Part shown: one piece after another, positions 45,662 to 54,456 of the stretch
Numbering within the stretch: position 1 is the stretch's first letter
Layout of the letters: the number at the start of each line of letters is the position of its first letter
Source: an uncultured Eubacteriales bacterium
Lineage (GTDB): Bacteria > Bacillota > Clostridia > Oscillospirales > Acutalibacteraceae
Reading direction: 5' to 3'
DNA: 55,014 nucleotides
Assembly: GCA_964389495.1 (NCBI GenBank)
Contig: CAYMDU010000001.1
Coordinates: forward strand, 1 to 55,014
Translations under genes and position numbers: made by a program
Notes under the pieces: generated by a model
Told to the model about the DNA's origin: nothing
Seen by the model: only the letters and a program-made list of their open reading frames with translations
Database searches by the model: none

Positions 45662-46293
45662 TGTGTTTTCTCCTTTGCGTTTTGTTCCAACACGGCCAAG
45701 CGCTGTTTCAGCGCTTCGATTTCCTGCATCAGCGGGTCGGGCACATGCACCTGATCCAGTTGCTCCACCACTTTTTCGCCGCCCACGCGCACCACGCGCG
45801 CCGGCACACCCACCGCCGTGGCGTTTTCCGGTATCTCCCGCAGCACCACCGCCCCGGCGGCAATGCGGGCGTGGCTGTGCACCACAATCGGCCCCAACAC
45901 CTTGGCGCCGGCTCCCACCATCACATGATTTTCCAACGTGGGGTGCCGCTTACCGCTGTCTTTGCCGGTGCCGCCCAGCGTCACCCCCTGATACAGCGTG
46001 CAGTCGTCCCCAATCACGGCGGTTTCGCCAATCACCACACCGGTGCCGTGATCAATAAACAACCGCCGCCCAATCGTGGCACCGGGATGAATTTCAATAT
46101 TGGTGCGCCGCACACAGTGCTGCGAAATCGCGCGCGCCAAAAACTTCAATCCGTGCCGGTAACACCAGTGCGCCTTGCGATACGACCGCACCGCTTTAAA
46201 TCCGCTGTACAACAGCACAATTTCCATGGTCGATCGCGCGGCCGGGTCTTTTTCGCGGATCACCGCCACATCTTCCCGAAATCGCTCAAACAC
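45658..46293 (-). CDS. cysE: Serine O-acetyltransferase
   Basis: Hexapeptide repeats (IDHGTGVVIGETAVIGDDCTLYQGVTLGG). The GTG at 46293 follows GGAGG at 7 nt. 4-nt overlap with cysS. Confidence 0.9.
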   Translation of the reverse strand: MFERFREDVAVIREKDPAARSTMEIVLLYSGFKAVRSYRKAHWCYRHGLKFLARAISQHCVRRTNIEIHPGATIGRRLFIDHGTGVVIGETAVIGDDCTLYQGVTLGGTGKDSGKRHPTLENHVMVGAGAKVLGPIVVHSHARIAAGAVVLREIPENATAVGVPARVVRVGGEKVVEQLDQVHVPDPLMQEIEALKQRLAVLEQNAKEKTQ

Positions 46294-46301
46294 GGCTTTG
46301 C

Positions 46302-46552
46302 CTCCGTTCTTCCAAAAATAAAAGCACCCGGCCGCACCCCCGCAGGGCACGGCGAAGGTGCTGGTTGCACGGTTCCACTTCGCGTTTCACTCTGGCCCGA
46401 TAACGGCGGGAATCCGGGCCGGGATACTGTGGTTCCCCCGACCGGCTCACGGGTGCATTTCGCCGAGGCACCGCCGAGAACACTTCCAGCCTGTGATGTT
46501 CTCTCTCTGTTGCGGCCACGCACGGGTACTTCTCCCGATCATCGCTTTCACT
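46302..46552 (-). promoter_or_regulatory. T-box riboswitch leader, Cys-specific, controlling cysE-cysS
   Basis: On the minus strand: an AGAGAGAG bulge, a candidate specifier GAAAUGCA (UGC codon at 46455-46457), a T-box core GAAGUGGAACCGUGC (UGGA would pair with a UCCA 3' end), then a GC-rich terminator hairpin and UUUUAUUUUU ending about 10 nt before the cysE SD. An extended -10 TGCTATAAT lies at 46557-46565. Confidence 0.75.
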
Positions 46553-46587
46553 ATCTATTATAGCAGACTTTCAAAAAAAATCCACCC

Positions 46588-47178
46588 CTATTTTTCGCCT
46601 TTAAAGAAATGGCGGTTGGCCCACACATAATGGCCGCCGGAAATCGCTGTCAGGCACACCGAAATCCACATCAGCACGCATCCCACCGTCAGCGGCACTT
46701 GGAACACCCACGCCGGCCAGGCGGCGCCGGCCAACAGCCCCGTTTGCCAATCGGCAAATTCCAGCGCCGCCAGTTCAAACAAAATGGCAACAAATTGCGC
46801 CACTGTTTTCAGCTTGCCCAAAAGGTTGGCGGCAATCACCGTGCCGTCTTTCGCGGCCACCAGCCGCACCGATGTCACCATAAATTCGCGGGTGAGAATA
46901 ATCATCAGCGCCCACACATTCAGCTCGCCCAGCGCCATAAACGCCAAAAACGCCGCCGTTGTCAGCATCTTGTCGGCCAACGGGTCCAAAAATTTTCCCA
47001 AATTGGTAATCAGCCCGCGCGCCCGCGCAATTTTACCGTCGAACATGTCGGTAAGCGCCGCCGCGCCGAAAATCAAGCCCGCCGCCAGGTAGTGAAACGG
47101 AAACTCCCACAACACCGCCAGCAAAAACAGCGGCGCCAGCACAATGCGAATCACAGTTAATTTATTCGGTAAATTCAT
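46588..47178 (-). CDS. pgsA: CDP-diacylglycerol--glycerol-3-phosphate 3-phosphatidyltransferase
   Basis: DMFDGKIARARGLITNLGKFLDPLADK is the CDP-alcohol phosphatidyltransferase motif. ATGA overlap with rimO. Confidence 0.9.
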   Translation of the reverse strand: MNLPNKLTVIRIVLAPLFLLAVLWEFPFHYLAAGLIFGAAALTDMFDGKIARARGLITNLGKFLDPLADKMLTTAAFLAFMALGELNVWALMIILTREFMVTSVRLVAAKDGTVIAANLLGKLKTVAQFVAILFELAALEFADWQTGLLAGAAWPAWVFQVPLTVGCVLMWISVCLTAISGGHYVWANRHFFKGEK

Positions 47179-48497
47179 AGCCGTTCCCCCAGCAAATCCC
47201 AATCCAAACGATCGGTAATACGCACCTGCACCAAATCCCCCGGCTTCACCGGCTGTTCGGTGCTGAAAAACACTTTCGGGTCAATATCCGGCGCATCGGC
47301 CGCCGACCGCCCAAACCAACACTCGGCATAGCGGTCAAATGCCTCCACCAGCACTTCCACCGTTTGCCCCACCTGCGCGTCGCTGTAAACATCGGCCACA
47401 CGCGTTTGCAGTTCCATCACCGTGTCGCGGCGCCGCTCTTTCACTTCCTGCGGCACCTGGTCCGGCATGGCGGCCGCCGGCGTTCCCTCTTCGGCCGAAT
47501 AGGCAAAACACCCCAGCCGTTCAAACTTCACATCGCGGATAAACTCGCACAGCTCCTCAAACTCCGCTTCGGTTTCGCCCGGAAATCCCACCATCACCGT
47601 GGTGCGCAACACCATGCCCGGCACGCGCTCGCGAATGTGCTGCATCAGCGCCGTCAGTTCGGCACGGTTGCCGGTGCGGTGCATCGCTTTCAGCACCCGC
47701 CCGTTGGCGTGCTGAATGGGAATATCCATATACTTCACCACTTTGTCCTCGCGCGCCATCACCGCCAACAGCTCGTCGGTGATGTGCTCCGGATAGCAAT
47801 ACAGCAACCGAATCCAGTGCAACCCGTCAATCGCGCACAGGCGTGTCAGCAATTCCGGCAACAGCAACCGCCCCGCCGTGTCTTGCCCATACAGCGTGGT
47901 ATCTTGCGCCACCAGGGTGATTTCTTTCACCCCGCCGGCCACCAACTGCCGCGCTTCGGCCACCACCGTGTCCATGTCGCGGCTGCGCAGCCCCCCGCGT
48001 ATCAGCGGAATGGCGCAATAGGTGCAGCGGTTGTTGCAACCGTCGCCAATGCGCAAATAGGCAAAAAAAGGCGGCGTGGTTTGCAGACGGCCGCCGTCCA
48101 GCGGCCAGCTGGCCAGCGACGGAAACCGCTTCACCGGTTGCCCGGCCAGCACCGTGCGCACCGCTTCCGCAATGTCGCCGTTGGCCCCCAGGCCCAGCAC
48201 AGCGTCACATTCCGGCAACTCGCGGCACAGTTCTTCCTGATACCGCTGTGCCAAACAGCCCGTCACCACCAGGCCGCGAATTTGCCCTTCCTTTTTCAGT
48301 TGCGCAAACTCCAAAATGGTGTCGATCGCTTCTTGCTTGGCTTCTTCAATAAACCCGCAGGTGTTAACCACCACCACATCGGCCGTGCCGCTGTCGGCGG
48401 TAATCGTAAATCCGGCGTCTTGCAGTTTGTGCAACATCAGCTCGGCGTCCATTTGGTTTTTCGGACACCCCAGCGACACCATGCCCACTTTACTCAT
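47175..48497 (-). CDS. rimO: Ribosomal protein S12 methylthiotransferase RimO (radical SAM, TRAM)
   Basis: VGMVSLGCPKNQMD, VVNTCGF and IGDGCNNRCTYCAIP, with a C-terminal TRAM domain. The ATG at 48497 follows GGGAGGA and overlaps the recX 3' end. Confidence 0.9.
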   Translation of the reverse strand: MSKVGMVSLGCPKNQMDAELMLHKLQDAGFTITADSGTADVVVVNTCGFIEEAKQEAIDTILEFAQLKKEGQIRGLVVTGCLAQRYQEELCRELPECDAVLGLGANGDIAEAVRTVLAGQPVKRFPSLASWPLDGGRLQTTPPFFAYLRIGDGCNNRCTYCAIPLIRGGLRSRDMDTVVAEARQLVAGGVKEITLVAQDTTLYGQDTAGRLLLPELLTRLCAIDGLHWIRLLYCYPEHITDELLAVMAREDKVVKYMDIPIQHANGRVLKAMHRTGNRAELTALMQHIRERVPGMVLRTTVMVGFPGETEAEFEELCEFIRDVKFERLGCFAYSAEEGTPAAAMPDQVPQEVKERRRDTVMELQTRVADVYSDAQVGQTVEVLVEAFDRYAECWFGRSAADAPDIDPKVFFSTEQPVKPGDLVQVRITDRLDWDLLGERL

Positions 48498-49125
48498 TTG
48501 GCCATTCGTCCTCCCACTGCCGTAGCACACGGCGCACCACCTCGGGGCTGTACCCATACCGCACCATGGCGGCGGCAATGCGCTGGAACTCGTTGGTATT
48601 CTGAGGTACAGTATACCTTTTTTTTCGCAGAAAAGCAAGTGCCAATTCCGCTTCGTCAATGCCCACCGCGGCCGCCGCTTCGCGCGCTTCGTCGCGCGCA
48701 ATGCCTTTTTGCACCAGCGCTTCCGCAATGCGGCGGCTCGGCCACAGTTTTTCCCGTGCATAGCGCTCGGCCAGCCGGCGGGCATAGGCCGTGTCGTTCA
48801 CATAACCCAGCTCTTCCATGCGCGCGGCCGCCTTCGCCGCCGCCTCGCGCCGTTCGGGGCGGTATTTCCCCTTTTCGCGGCACAGCTTTTGCTCCAACTC
48901 CCGCCGCGACAAATCGCGCTTGGCCAGCAAAAACACCGCCTTGTTTTCGGTGCGCCGCCGTTCCGACTCCGCACACAACGCTTCGGCTTCTTCATGCGAC
49001 AAGGAGGAACCCACCCGCAAGGGCGATTCCTCCCACACTGTTTTGTCCACAGCCAGCTCCTCGCCGTTGTCGCACAGCAGCAACACCACATGCCCGGCCG
49101 CCGGGCGCACCGCCGCAATCCGCAT
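48490..49125 (-). CDS. recX: Recombination regulator RecX
   Basis: Helical-repeat protein with YVNDTAYARRLAE and GIARDEAREAA. The start overlaps the recA stop. Confidence 0.85.
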   Translation of the reverse strand: MRIAAVRPAAGHVVLLLCDNGEELAVDKTVWEESPLRVGSSLSHEEAEALCAESERRRTENKAVFLLAKRDLSRRELEQKLCREKGKYRPERREAAAKAAARMEELGYVNDTAYARRLAERYAREKLWPSRRIAEALVQKGIARDEAREAAAAVGIDEAELALAFLRKKRYTVPQNTNEFQRIAAAMVRYGYSPEVVRRVLRQWEDEWPNE

Positions 49126-50270
49126 CAGTCGTCCACCATAATGTCAATCGCCGCGCGCGCTTCGCTCGCCGTGGTGTACCGCGCCGCCGCTTCAATCGGA
49201 ATTTCCACCGGCGCGGCCGCCGCTTCCGGTTGCGCCGCCTGCGTTTTTTCTTTCATCAGCCGCACCACTTGCGCTTCGATTTCGGCGCTGAAATCCGGGT
49301 GGTTTTGCAAATAGTCGCGCACATTGTCGCGCCCTTGCCCCAACCGGTCTTCGTGGTAATAAAACCACGACCCGGACTTTTGAATCACATCCAGCTGAAT
49401 GGCCACATCCAGCAGTTCGCCCATACGCGAAATGCCTTTGCCGTAGATCACATCGAATTCCGCTTCTTTAAACGGCGGCGCCACCTTGTTTTTCACCACG
49501 CGCACCCGCGTGTGCGACCCATAGGCTTCGGCGCCGTTTTTCAAAGTTTCCTGCCGGCGCACATCCAGCCGCACCGACGCATAGTATTTCAGCGCGTTGC
49601 CGCCCGCCGTCACTTCCGGGTTGCCATACACCACGCCCACTTTCAGGCGCAACTGGTTGATGAAAATGGCCACACACCCGGTTTTGCCCACGGCGCCTGC
49701 CAACTTTCGCATGGCCTGCGACATCAGCCGCGCCTGCAAGCCCACATGCGAATCGCCCATTTCGCCTTCAATCTCCTGGCGCGGCACCAACGCCGCCACC
49801 GAATCGATCACAATAATATCAATGGCACCGGAGCGGATGAGCGCTTCGGCAATTTCCAGTGCCTGCTCGCCGGTGTCGGGTTGCGACACCAGCAACGAAT
49901 CCACATCCACGCCCAAAGCGCGGGCATACACCGGGTCCAGCGCGTGCTCCACATCAATATAGGCCGCTTCGCCGCCCGCCTTTTGCGCTTCGGCCACCGC
50001 GTGCAACGCCAGGGTGGTTTTGCCCGAAGCTTCGGGCCCGTAGATTTCGGTGATGCGGCCGCGGGGCAGGCCGCCAATGCCCAGCGCCAAATCCAGCGTG
50101 AGCGACCCGGTGGAAATGCACTCCACATTCATGTTCACATTTTCGCCCAGCCGCATCACGGCGCCTTTGCCGTAGTTCTTTTCAATTTGCGCCAAAGCGG
50201 TTTCCAGCGCCTTTTGCTTGTTTCCGGCCGGTGCCGGCGTGGAAACCGGCGCCTTTTTTTTGTCCGCCAT
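49125..50270 (-). CDS. recA: Recombinase RecA
   Basis: [39 protein letters not shown] and [10 protein letters not shown]. The ATG at 50270 follows GAGGA. ATGs at 50279 and 50285 are alternatives. Confidence 0.95.
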   Translation of the reverse strand: MADKKKAPVSTPAPAGNKQKALETALAQIEKNYGKGAVMRLGENVNMNVECISTGSLTLDLALGIGGLPRGRITEIYGPEASGKTTLALHAVAEAQKAGGEAAYIDVEHALDPVYARALGVDVDSLLVSQPDTGEQALEIAEALIRSGAIDIIVIDSVAALVPRQEIEGEMGDSHVGLQARLMSQAMRKLAGAVGKTGCVAIFINQLRLKVGVVYGNPEVTAGGNALKYYASVRLDVRRQETLKNGAEAYGSHTRVRVVKNKVAPPFKEAEFDVIYGKGISRMGELLDVAIQLDVIQKSGSWFYYHEDRLGQGRDNVRDYLQNHPDFSAEIEAQVVRLMKEKTQAAQPEAAAAPVEIPIEAAARYTTASEARAAIDIMVDD

Positions 50271-50318
50271 TTTGCTCATCCTCATTTCCGCCGCCTTGCA
50301 CGGCTTCTCGTTGCTTCC

Positions 50319-50347
50319 AGTATACCGCATCCCCCGCAAAAAATCAA
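50319..50347 (-). promoter_or_regulatory. Sigma-A type promoter of recA
   Basis: Minus strand reads TTGATT, 17 nt, TATACT. Confidence 0.5.
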
Positions 50348-50365
50348 GTGCTTTTGCGAAAAAAT

Positions 50366-50379
50366 CGAACATTTGTTTT
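50366..50379. promoter_or_regulatory. Possible LexA (Cheo) box upstream of the recA promoter
   Basis: CGAAC ATTT GTTTT against the Firmicute consensus CGAAC-N4-GTTCG (8 of 10 half-site positions). Confidence 0.35.
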
Positions 50380-50444
50380 CTTTTTCTCCGGCACCTTCTT
50401 GCCGTCGGCGGGTGGGATGTCGTCGGCGTTGGCATCGCCGCACA

Positions 50445-50476
50445 CAGAAAAAGCGCCCGCAATGCGGGCGCTTTTG
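50445..50476 (-). terminator. Rho-independent terminator after the 39-codon ORF and second giant gene
   Basis: Minus strand reads AAGCGCCCGC ATT GCGGGCGCTT followed by TTTTCTGTGTG. Confidence 0.8.
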
Positions 50477-50500
50477 CTCTATTGGCTTTGGTTGCGGGAA

Positions 50501-50620
50501 TCACACCGTCAAATCGCTGTCGGTATCTTCCACAGTCGGCTCGCTGTATTTGGCAGCGGCCAACGATTCATCGGCTGTCAGTTCCAGCACTGTCAAAAGG
50601 GGTTTTTGATACTCTTTCAT
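50501..50620 (-). CDS. Unlisted 39-codon ORF ([39 protein letters not shown])
   Basis: My own translation. An AAAGGAGGA SD lies 7 nt upstream of the ATG at 50620. It starts 20 nt after the stop of the 1105-aa protein gene and is followed by the terminator at 50445-50476. Confidence 0.5.
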   Translation of the reverse strand: MKEYQKPLLTVLELTADESLAAAKYSEPTVEDTDSDLTV

Positions 50621-50639
50621 GTCATCGTCCTCCTTTTGA

Positions 50640-53600
50640 TTAGTTCGCGGCTTCCACTGCCGCTTTGGCATTGGCAACACTGTTGGTCAATTCGCTTTCG
50701 CTGTACACCGTGGTTTGGTTGCCTTCGGCATCTTGCAACACCAGGTAGCCGCACGCGGTGTATTCGCGGGCTTCAAACGCTTCGGTGCTCACATTGTCGC
50801 CTTTTTTCATGGTCACCGCAAAGTCGATGTAGCTCGGGCACCAGCTGGCACCCTTGCAGTAATCCAGCAACTTCATGGTGTCCACTTCGCCCTGCTTGTA
50901 GGCCACAGTTGTCCAGGCGTCGTTCCAGTCGGCAGCATCCTTGCGCTTCAACTTGGTACCGAATTCCACCACCGTGTAGGCCGTGTCGTCTTTGGTCAGT
51001 GTCAGCGTGCCGTCCGGGTTAAAGGTGTTCGTCATGGTCAGGCGAGTCAGGAAGCGAATGCCGTCGTATTCGCCCTCGGTGCCGGTGTAGCGCAACGCGG
51101 TACCGGCGGTGTTCATTTTGAAATCATCATTGCCCTTGGCCGTGGAAACAGCGGTGAAATAGCCGGGGCCGTCGCTGGGTTTGGTGAACTCAAACTGATG
51201 CCCGGTGCCCGTGCCGAAGGTGGCTTCGGAATAGCCGCTTGCCTTCTTGTTCAGCACTTTGTACACCTTGCCGGTTTCCAAATCGGTGTAGGTGAGGTTG
51301 CCGGGCATCAACAAAGTGCCGCCGTTCGGAATCACTTCCAGTTTGACCACCGTGCCCTTGGCCACCGAATCCACAAATTGCAAATCTTCGTTGTTGCTGC
51401 CCTTCAAATTGATGGTGGTGCTGGAAGAGGTATTCACAAACACATAACTTTTTGCATCCTCAACCAGCGTCATGCTGAAATTATCCAAATACAAATCGCC
51501 GTCAAAATTGCGAGGGTCAAAATAGAGTCCCCAGTTTTTATCAATGGAAGGTGCGTCACCGGTTTGCATCCAGAAAGTACATTCGCGCCATTCGTCTTTG
51601 ACACCGAAAATGTGATCGTTTGTCAACAGAATATCCGATTTGGTAGAAACACCAAAAAGCAAACTGCCCTTTGTGCCCGCCGTTTTTGCCATCACCGACA
51701 CTTTGTACAGCGAATTCGGGCGCAACGCATATTGCTGGCCTTTAAAGTAGTACCCATAGCCACTCGAAGGTGTGTTAATCTTTATGGCGGTTGTGCCGCC
51801 AACACCGATTCCGGCTTCAAAACTCAGGTTTTGGGACACATGACTGTCCGTTCCGAAATTAAATTCATCGGTCGAAGTATCCAGGGAACCGTCAGCAAAA
51901 TGCTCGGTCGGCCACGGCACCGCAACCGTCAAAGTCGCGGTAAAGGTGCCTGCCGTAGCTGTAATTGTGGCGGTGCCATATCCTTTGGCGGTGATCACAC
52001 CGGATTGATCCACCGTGGCCACGGCGGTGTTGTCGCTCGACCACACCACGGTGTCGGCCAAATAGGAACCGTCCGGCACAGACGATGCCGCCACCGTTGC
52101 GGTGTCGTTCACCTTCATGCTCAACTCGGATGTATCCAACGCTATATCGGTGGCATATTGCGTGCGTGTCAAACTGATGTCGTCAATATAAGTGGACGCA
52201 TCGGTGGAATTAGCACGCTTAAAATGAAGCGTATAGCTTTGTTGACTACTCTTGCTATTGGTTGTGAAATAGAAAGTGTATTCTTTCCAATCGTCCGAAG
52301 CCGGAATGGTTTTCCAGCCTTTGGTCGCAGATGTGTCGGCCACATTGTAGAGTTCCATCTGCATGGCCGCGCCTTTGGCACGGAAACGGAAGGTGAAATC
52401 GGTATCCGTTGTTATCGGAAAACTTTGCGCCCAACGGTCAGTGGTGGTGGCACCGGTGAATTCCAGCACCTTGTTCCCATCGGCTTCGGTCGTCACTTTC
52501 AACTCGTTGTTGTTGGAAAAGAGTCCCAAATAACCGGGAATGGCATCGCACTCGCCGGCCACCCAAAGGTTGTCGGTTGCTTTGCGGATGGAAATGTTGT
52601 CCACATACATATCCGTTTCTACCACTTTATCCTCTTTCACTTCTTCGCCATTATCGTTCGTGGTAGTAACCTTATGGGTGCGCTTAACCAGTGCCAAAGC
52701 ATAGTTGGCATCTCTCATTTTCGGGTTGTCGCCGGTAGTGATAATGGAACGGAAACTCGTCCAATCATCACCTGCTTGGCTAGTATATCCATACGAAATC
52801 GTAACGTCACTAAAATCACTGGCAGGGTAAACTTGCACAGCACTACTTTCAACAGCACCTTTAATCATGTAGTCGAAATAGTAGGTGGTGTTGGGTTCCC
52901 AAGTGAAGCCGCCCATTTTGAAATACGGGCCAGAACCGGCCTTGGCAGTACCGAACAAAGTCAACCCTTTGCTTCCATCATATCCAACGCCCTCTTGCAC
53001 GGCAAAAGACTCTGATGTATCCCCACCGGTGATAATGCTTGCCCCTTCAAAGTCACCGGCCAGGAACAGGTTGTCGGTAACGGTAAGGGCGCAAGTGGCA
53101 GTGAGCGCACCGGCCGTGACAGTGATGTTGGCGGTGCCGTTCTTCTTGGCAGTAACCAAGCCGTTGCTGTCCACCGTGGCCACGGCGGCGTTGCTGGAAG
53201 TCCAAACAAGAGCATCGTGCGTGCTGTTCTTCGGAAACAGCGTTGCCGCCAATTGCAGCGTTTCGCCCGGCTTCACCGTGGCAGAGGTGGTATCCAACAA
53301 CATCGAAGTTGATTTTGCTTCTGTTATGGTGATGTCGTCAATATAGGTCGCTGTCTTTTTGTAATCGGCATTAGCTTTGGTGAACGGTTCATTTGTGGTT
53401 CCTTTTTCAAGGCTAATTGCATAGCTCACATTCGGCTCTGTTCTTGAAAAATAAAAGACATAGCTGCATGTTTTCCATGCGCTGGAATTGTCACCTGCTT
53501 TTGCCCAGTTGCCACTAAAAGCAACATCAGGCATGGCGTCATTATCCCAGGCAGCGTGGTAGGCAAAAAGCCCCGCAGGAGCACCATAAACCTTAAAGGA

Positions 53601-53957
53601 AATAATATAGGCCTTGGTGATATCTATTTTGGCGTTGTAGGTATCGGTTTCGGCGTTGTACAGCTTGTTCAAATTGAAATAGCCGCCACCGCCGGCATAT
53701 TCGCCGGTTTCTTCATTCAAAATGCCCAGTTGCAACACCTTGTTGCTTTCGTTAGTAGGATCGGTAACAACAGCACTGCTGTTGCCGATATCGGTGAACA
53801 TGGTTTTCCAAGTATCACCTTCAAAACTGCCCAACCCGTTGAACAGGTCGGCAGGTTCCGTGCCTTCCGCGGCAGCGGGCAGCACAATGCCGGCGACAGC
53901 ACAGGTGAGAACCAGTGACACCGCCAGCAACAGAGATAGTATGCGCTTTGCTTTCAT
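50640..53957 (-). CDS. Secreted 1105-aa protein built only from binding-type modules. Four jelly-roll CBM-like domains are interleaved with two Big_2 domains, followed by the same C-terminal tail as the GH protein; no catalytic domain recognised
   Basis: Signal peptide MKAKRILSLLLAVSLVLTCAVAGIVLPAAA. Big_2-like AVATVDSNGLVTAKKNGTANITVTAG and AVATVDQSGVITAKGYGTATITATAG. CBM-like modules end in YIDDITIT, YVDNISIR, YIDDISLT and YLDNFSMT. The ATG at 53957 follows GGAGGAGAGG. Confidence 0.85.
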   Translation of the reverse strand: MKAKRILSLLLAVSLVLTCAVAGIVLPAAAEGTEPADLFNGLGSFEGDTWKTMFTDIGNSSAVVTDPTNESNKVLQLGILNEETGEYAGGGGYFNLNKLYNAETDTYNAKIDITKAYIISFKVYGAPAGLFAYHAAWDNDAMPDVAFSGNWAKAGDNSSAWKTCSYVFYFSRTEPNVSYAISLEKGTTNEPFTKANADYKKTATYIDDITITEAKSTSMLLDTTSATVKPGETLQLAATLFPKNSTHDALVWTSSNAAVATVDSNGLVTAKKNGTANITVTAGALTATCALTVTDNLFLAGDFEGASIITGGDTSESFAVQEGVGYDGSKGLTLFGTAKAGSGPYFKMGGFTWEPNTTYYFDYMIKGAVESSAVQVYPASDFSDVTISYGYTSQAGDDWTSFRSIITTGDNPKMRDANYALALVKRTHKVTTTNDNGEEVKEDKVVETDMYVDNISIRKATDNLWVAGECDAIPGYLGLFSNNNELKVTTEADGNKVLEFTGATTTDRWAQSFPITTDTDFTFRFRAKGAAMQMELYNVADTSATKGWKTIPASDDWKEYTFYFTTNSKSSQQSYTLHFKRANSTDASTYIDDISLTRTQYATDIALDTSELSMKVNDTATVAASSVPDGSYLADTVVWSSDNTAVATVDQSGVITAKGYGTATITATAGTFTATLTVAVPWPTEHFADGSLDTSTDEFNFGTDSHVSQNLSFEAGIGVGGTTAIKINTPSSGYGYYFKGQQYALRPNSLYKVSVMAKTAGTKGSLLFGVSTKSDILLTNDHIFGVKDEWRECTFWMQTGDAPSIDKNWGLYFDPRNFDGDLYLDNFSMTLVEDAKSYVFVNTSSSTTINLKGSNNEDLQFVDSVAKGTVVKLEVIPNGGTLLMPGNLTYTDLETGKVYKVLNKKASGYSEATFGTGTGHQFEFTKPSDGPGYFTAVSTAKGNDDFKMNTAGTALRYTGTEGEYDGIRFLTRLTMTNTFNPDGTLTLTKDDTAYTVVEFGTKLKRKDAADWNDAWTTVAYKQGEVDTMKLLDYCKGASWCPSYIDFAVTMKKGDNVSTEAFEAREYTACGYLVLQDAEGNQTTVYSESELTNSVANAKAAVEAAN

Positions 53958-54046
53958 GATTTCCTCTCCTCCAATTTTTGGATTGTTTTGAGAGGACTTT
54001 GCACAAATGGGTGCAAAATCCCCTACCATGATATAACTCCTTTTTT

Positions 54047-54075
54047 ACTATACTGCAATTCGGCCGTTTTTGCAA
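54047..54075 (-). promoter_or_regulatory. Sigma-A type promoter for the 1105-aa protein gene
   Basis: Minus strand reads TTGCAA, 17 nt, TATAGT, about 85 nt upstream of the ATG. Confidence 0.5.
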
Positions 54076-54101
54076 GTCTTTTTTTGGCGATTACCCGTTG
54101 G

Positions 54102-54141
54102 CAAATTGCACAAACTTCATGGTTTCCGTTTGTGCGATTTG
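54102..54141. repeat. 14-bp inverted repeat with a 12-bp spacer, upstream of the 54047-54075 promoter
   Basis: CAAATTGCACAAAC N12 GTTTGTGCGATTTG, with 13 of 14 positions complementary. Confidence 0.5.
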
Positions 54142-54284
54142 CTGTGTTTAGCATTTTTGGCCCGTTTGCTTTCACTTTTTGCACACATTTTCCACTTTTT
54201 CCGGTGGCAACAACCGTCGTTTTAATTTTTTCGGATGATCACCGCCTTTGGGGACTGCACACCCCTTGCCGCGCACCGTCCCAC

Positions 54285-54456
54285 CTTGCCTCCCCCCTGT
54301 GGGGGAGGTGGCACGGCGAAGCCGTGACGGAGAGGGCAGTTGCCTCCCCTATCTCAGGTCGCGAAGGCAGAGGGTACTCAAGCCTCCCCTGTGTCAGGTC
54401 GCGGGTTGGAGATTTTTGCAATCTTTTCAAGCCTCCCCTGTGTAAGGGGAGGTGGC
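54285..54456. repeat. Composite GC-rich hairpin repeat, copy A (172 bp)
   Basis: Differs from copy B at 3 positions by hand alignment (1 C indel, 2 substitutions). Contains the hairpins CCTCCCCC..GGGGGAGG and CACGGC GAA GCCGTG. Confidence 0.85.

Noticed and set aside
47364-50609. 1081-aa ORF antisense to rimO, recX and recA (and 50715-53015, 766 aa, antisense to the binding-protein gene).
   Set aside because: It spans several real genes on the opposite strand with an Arg/His/Pro-rich composition.
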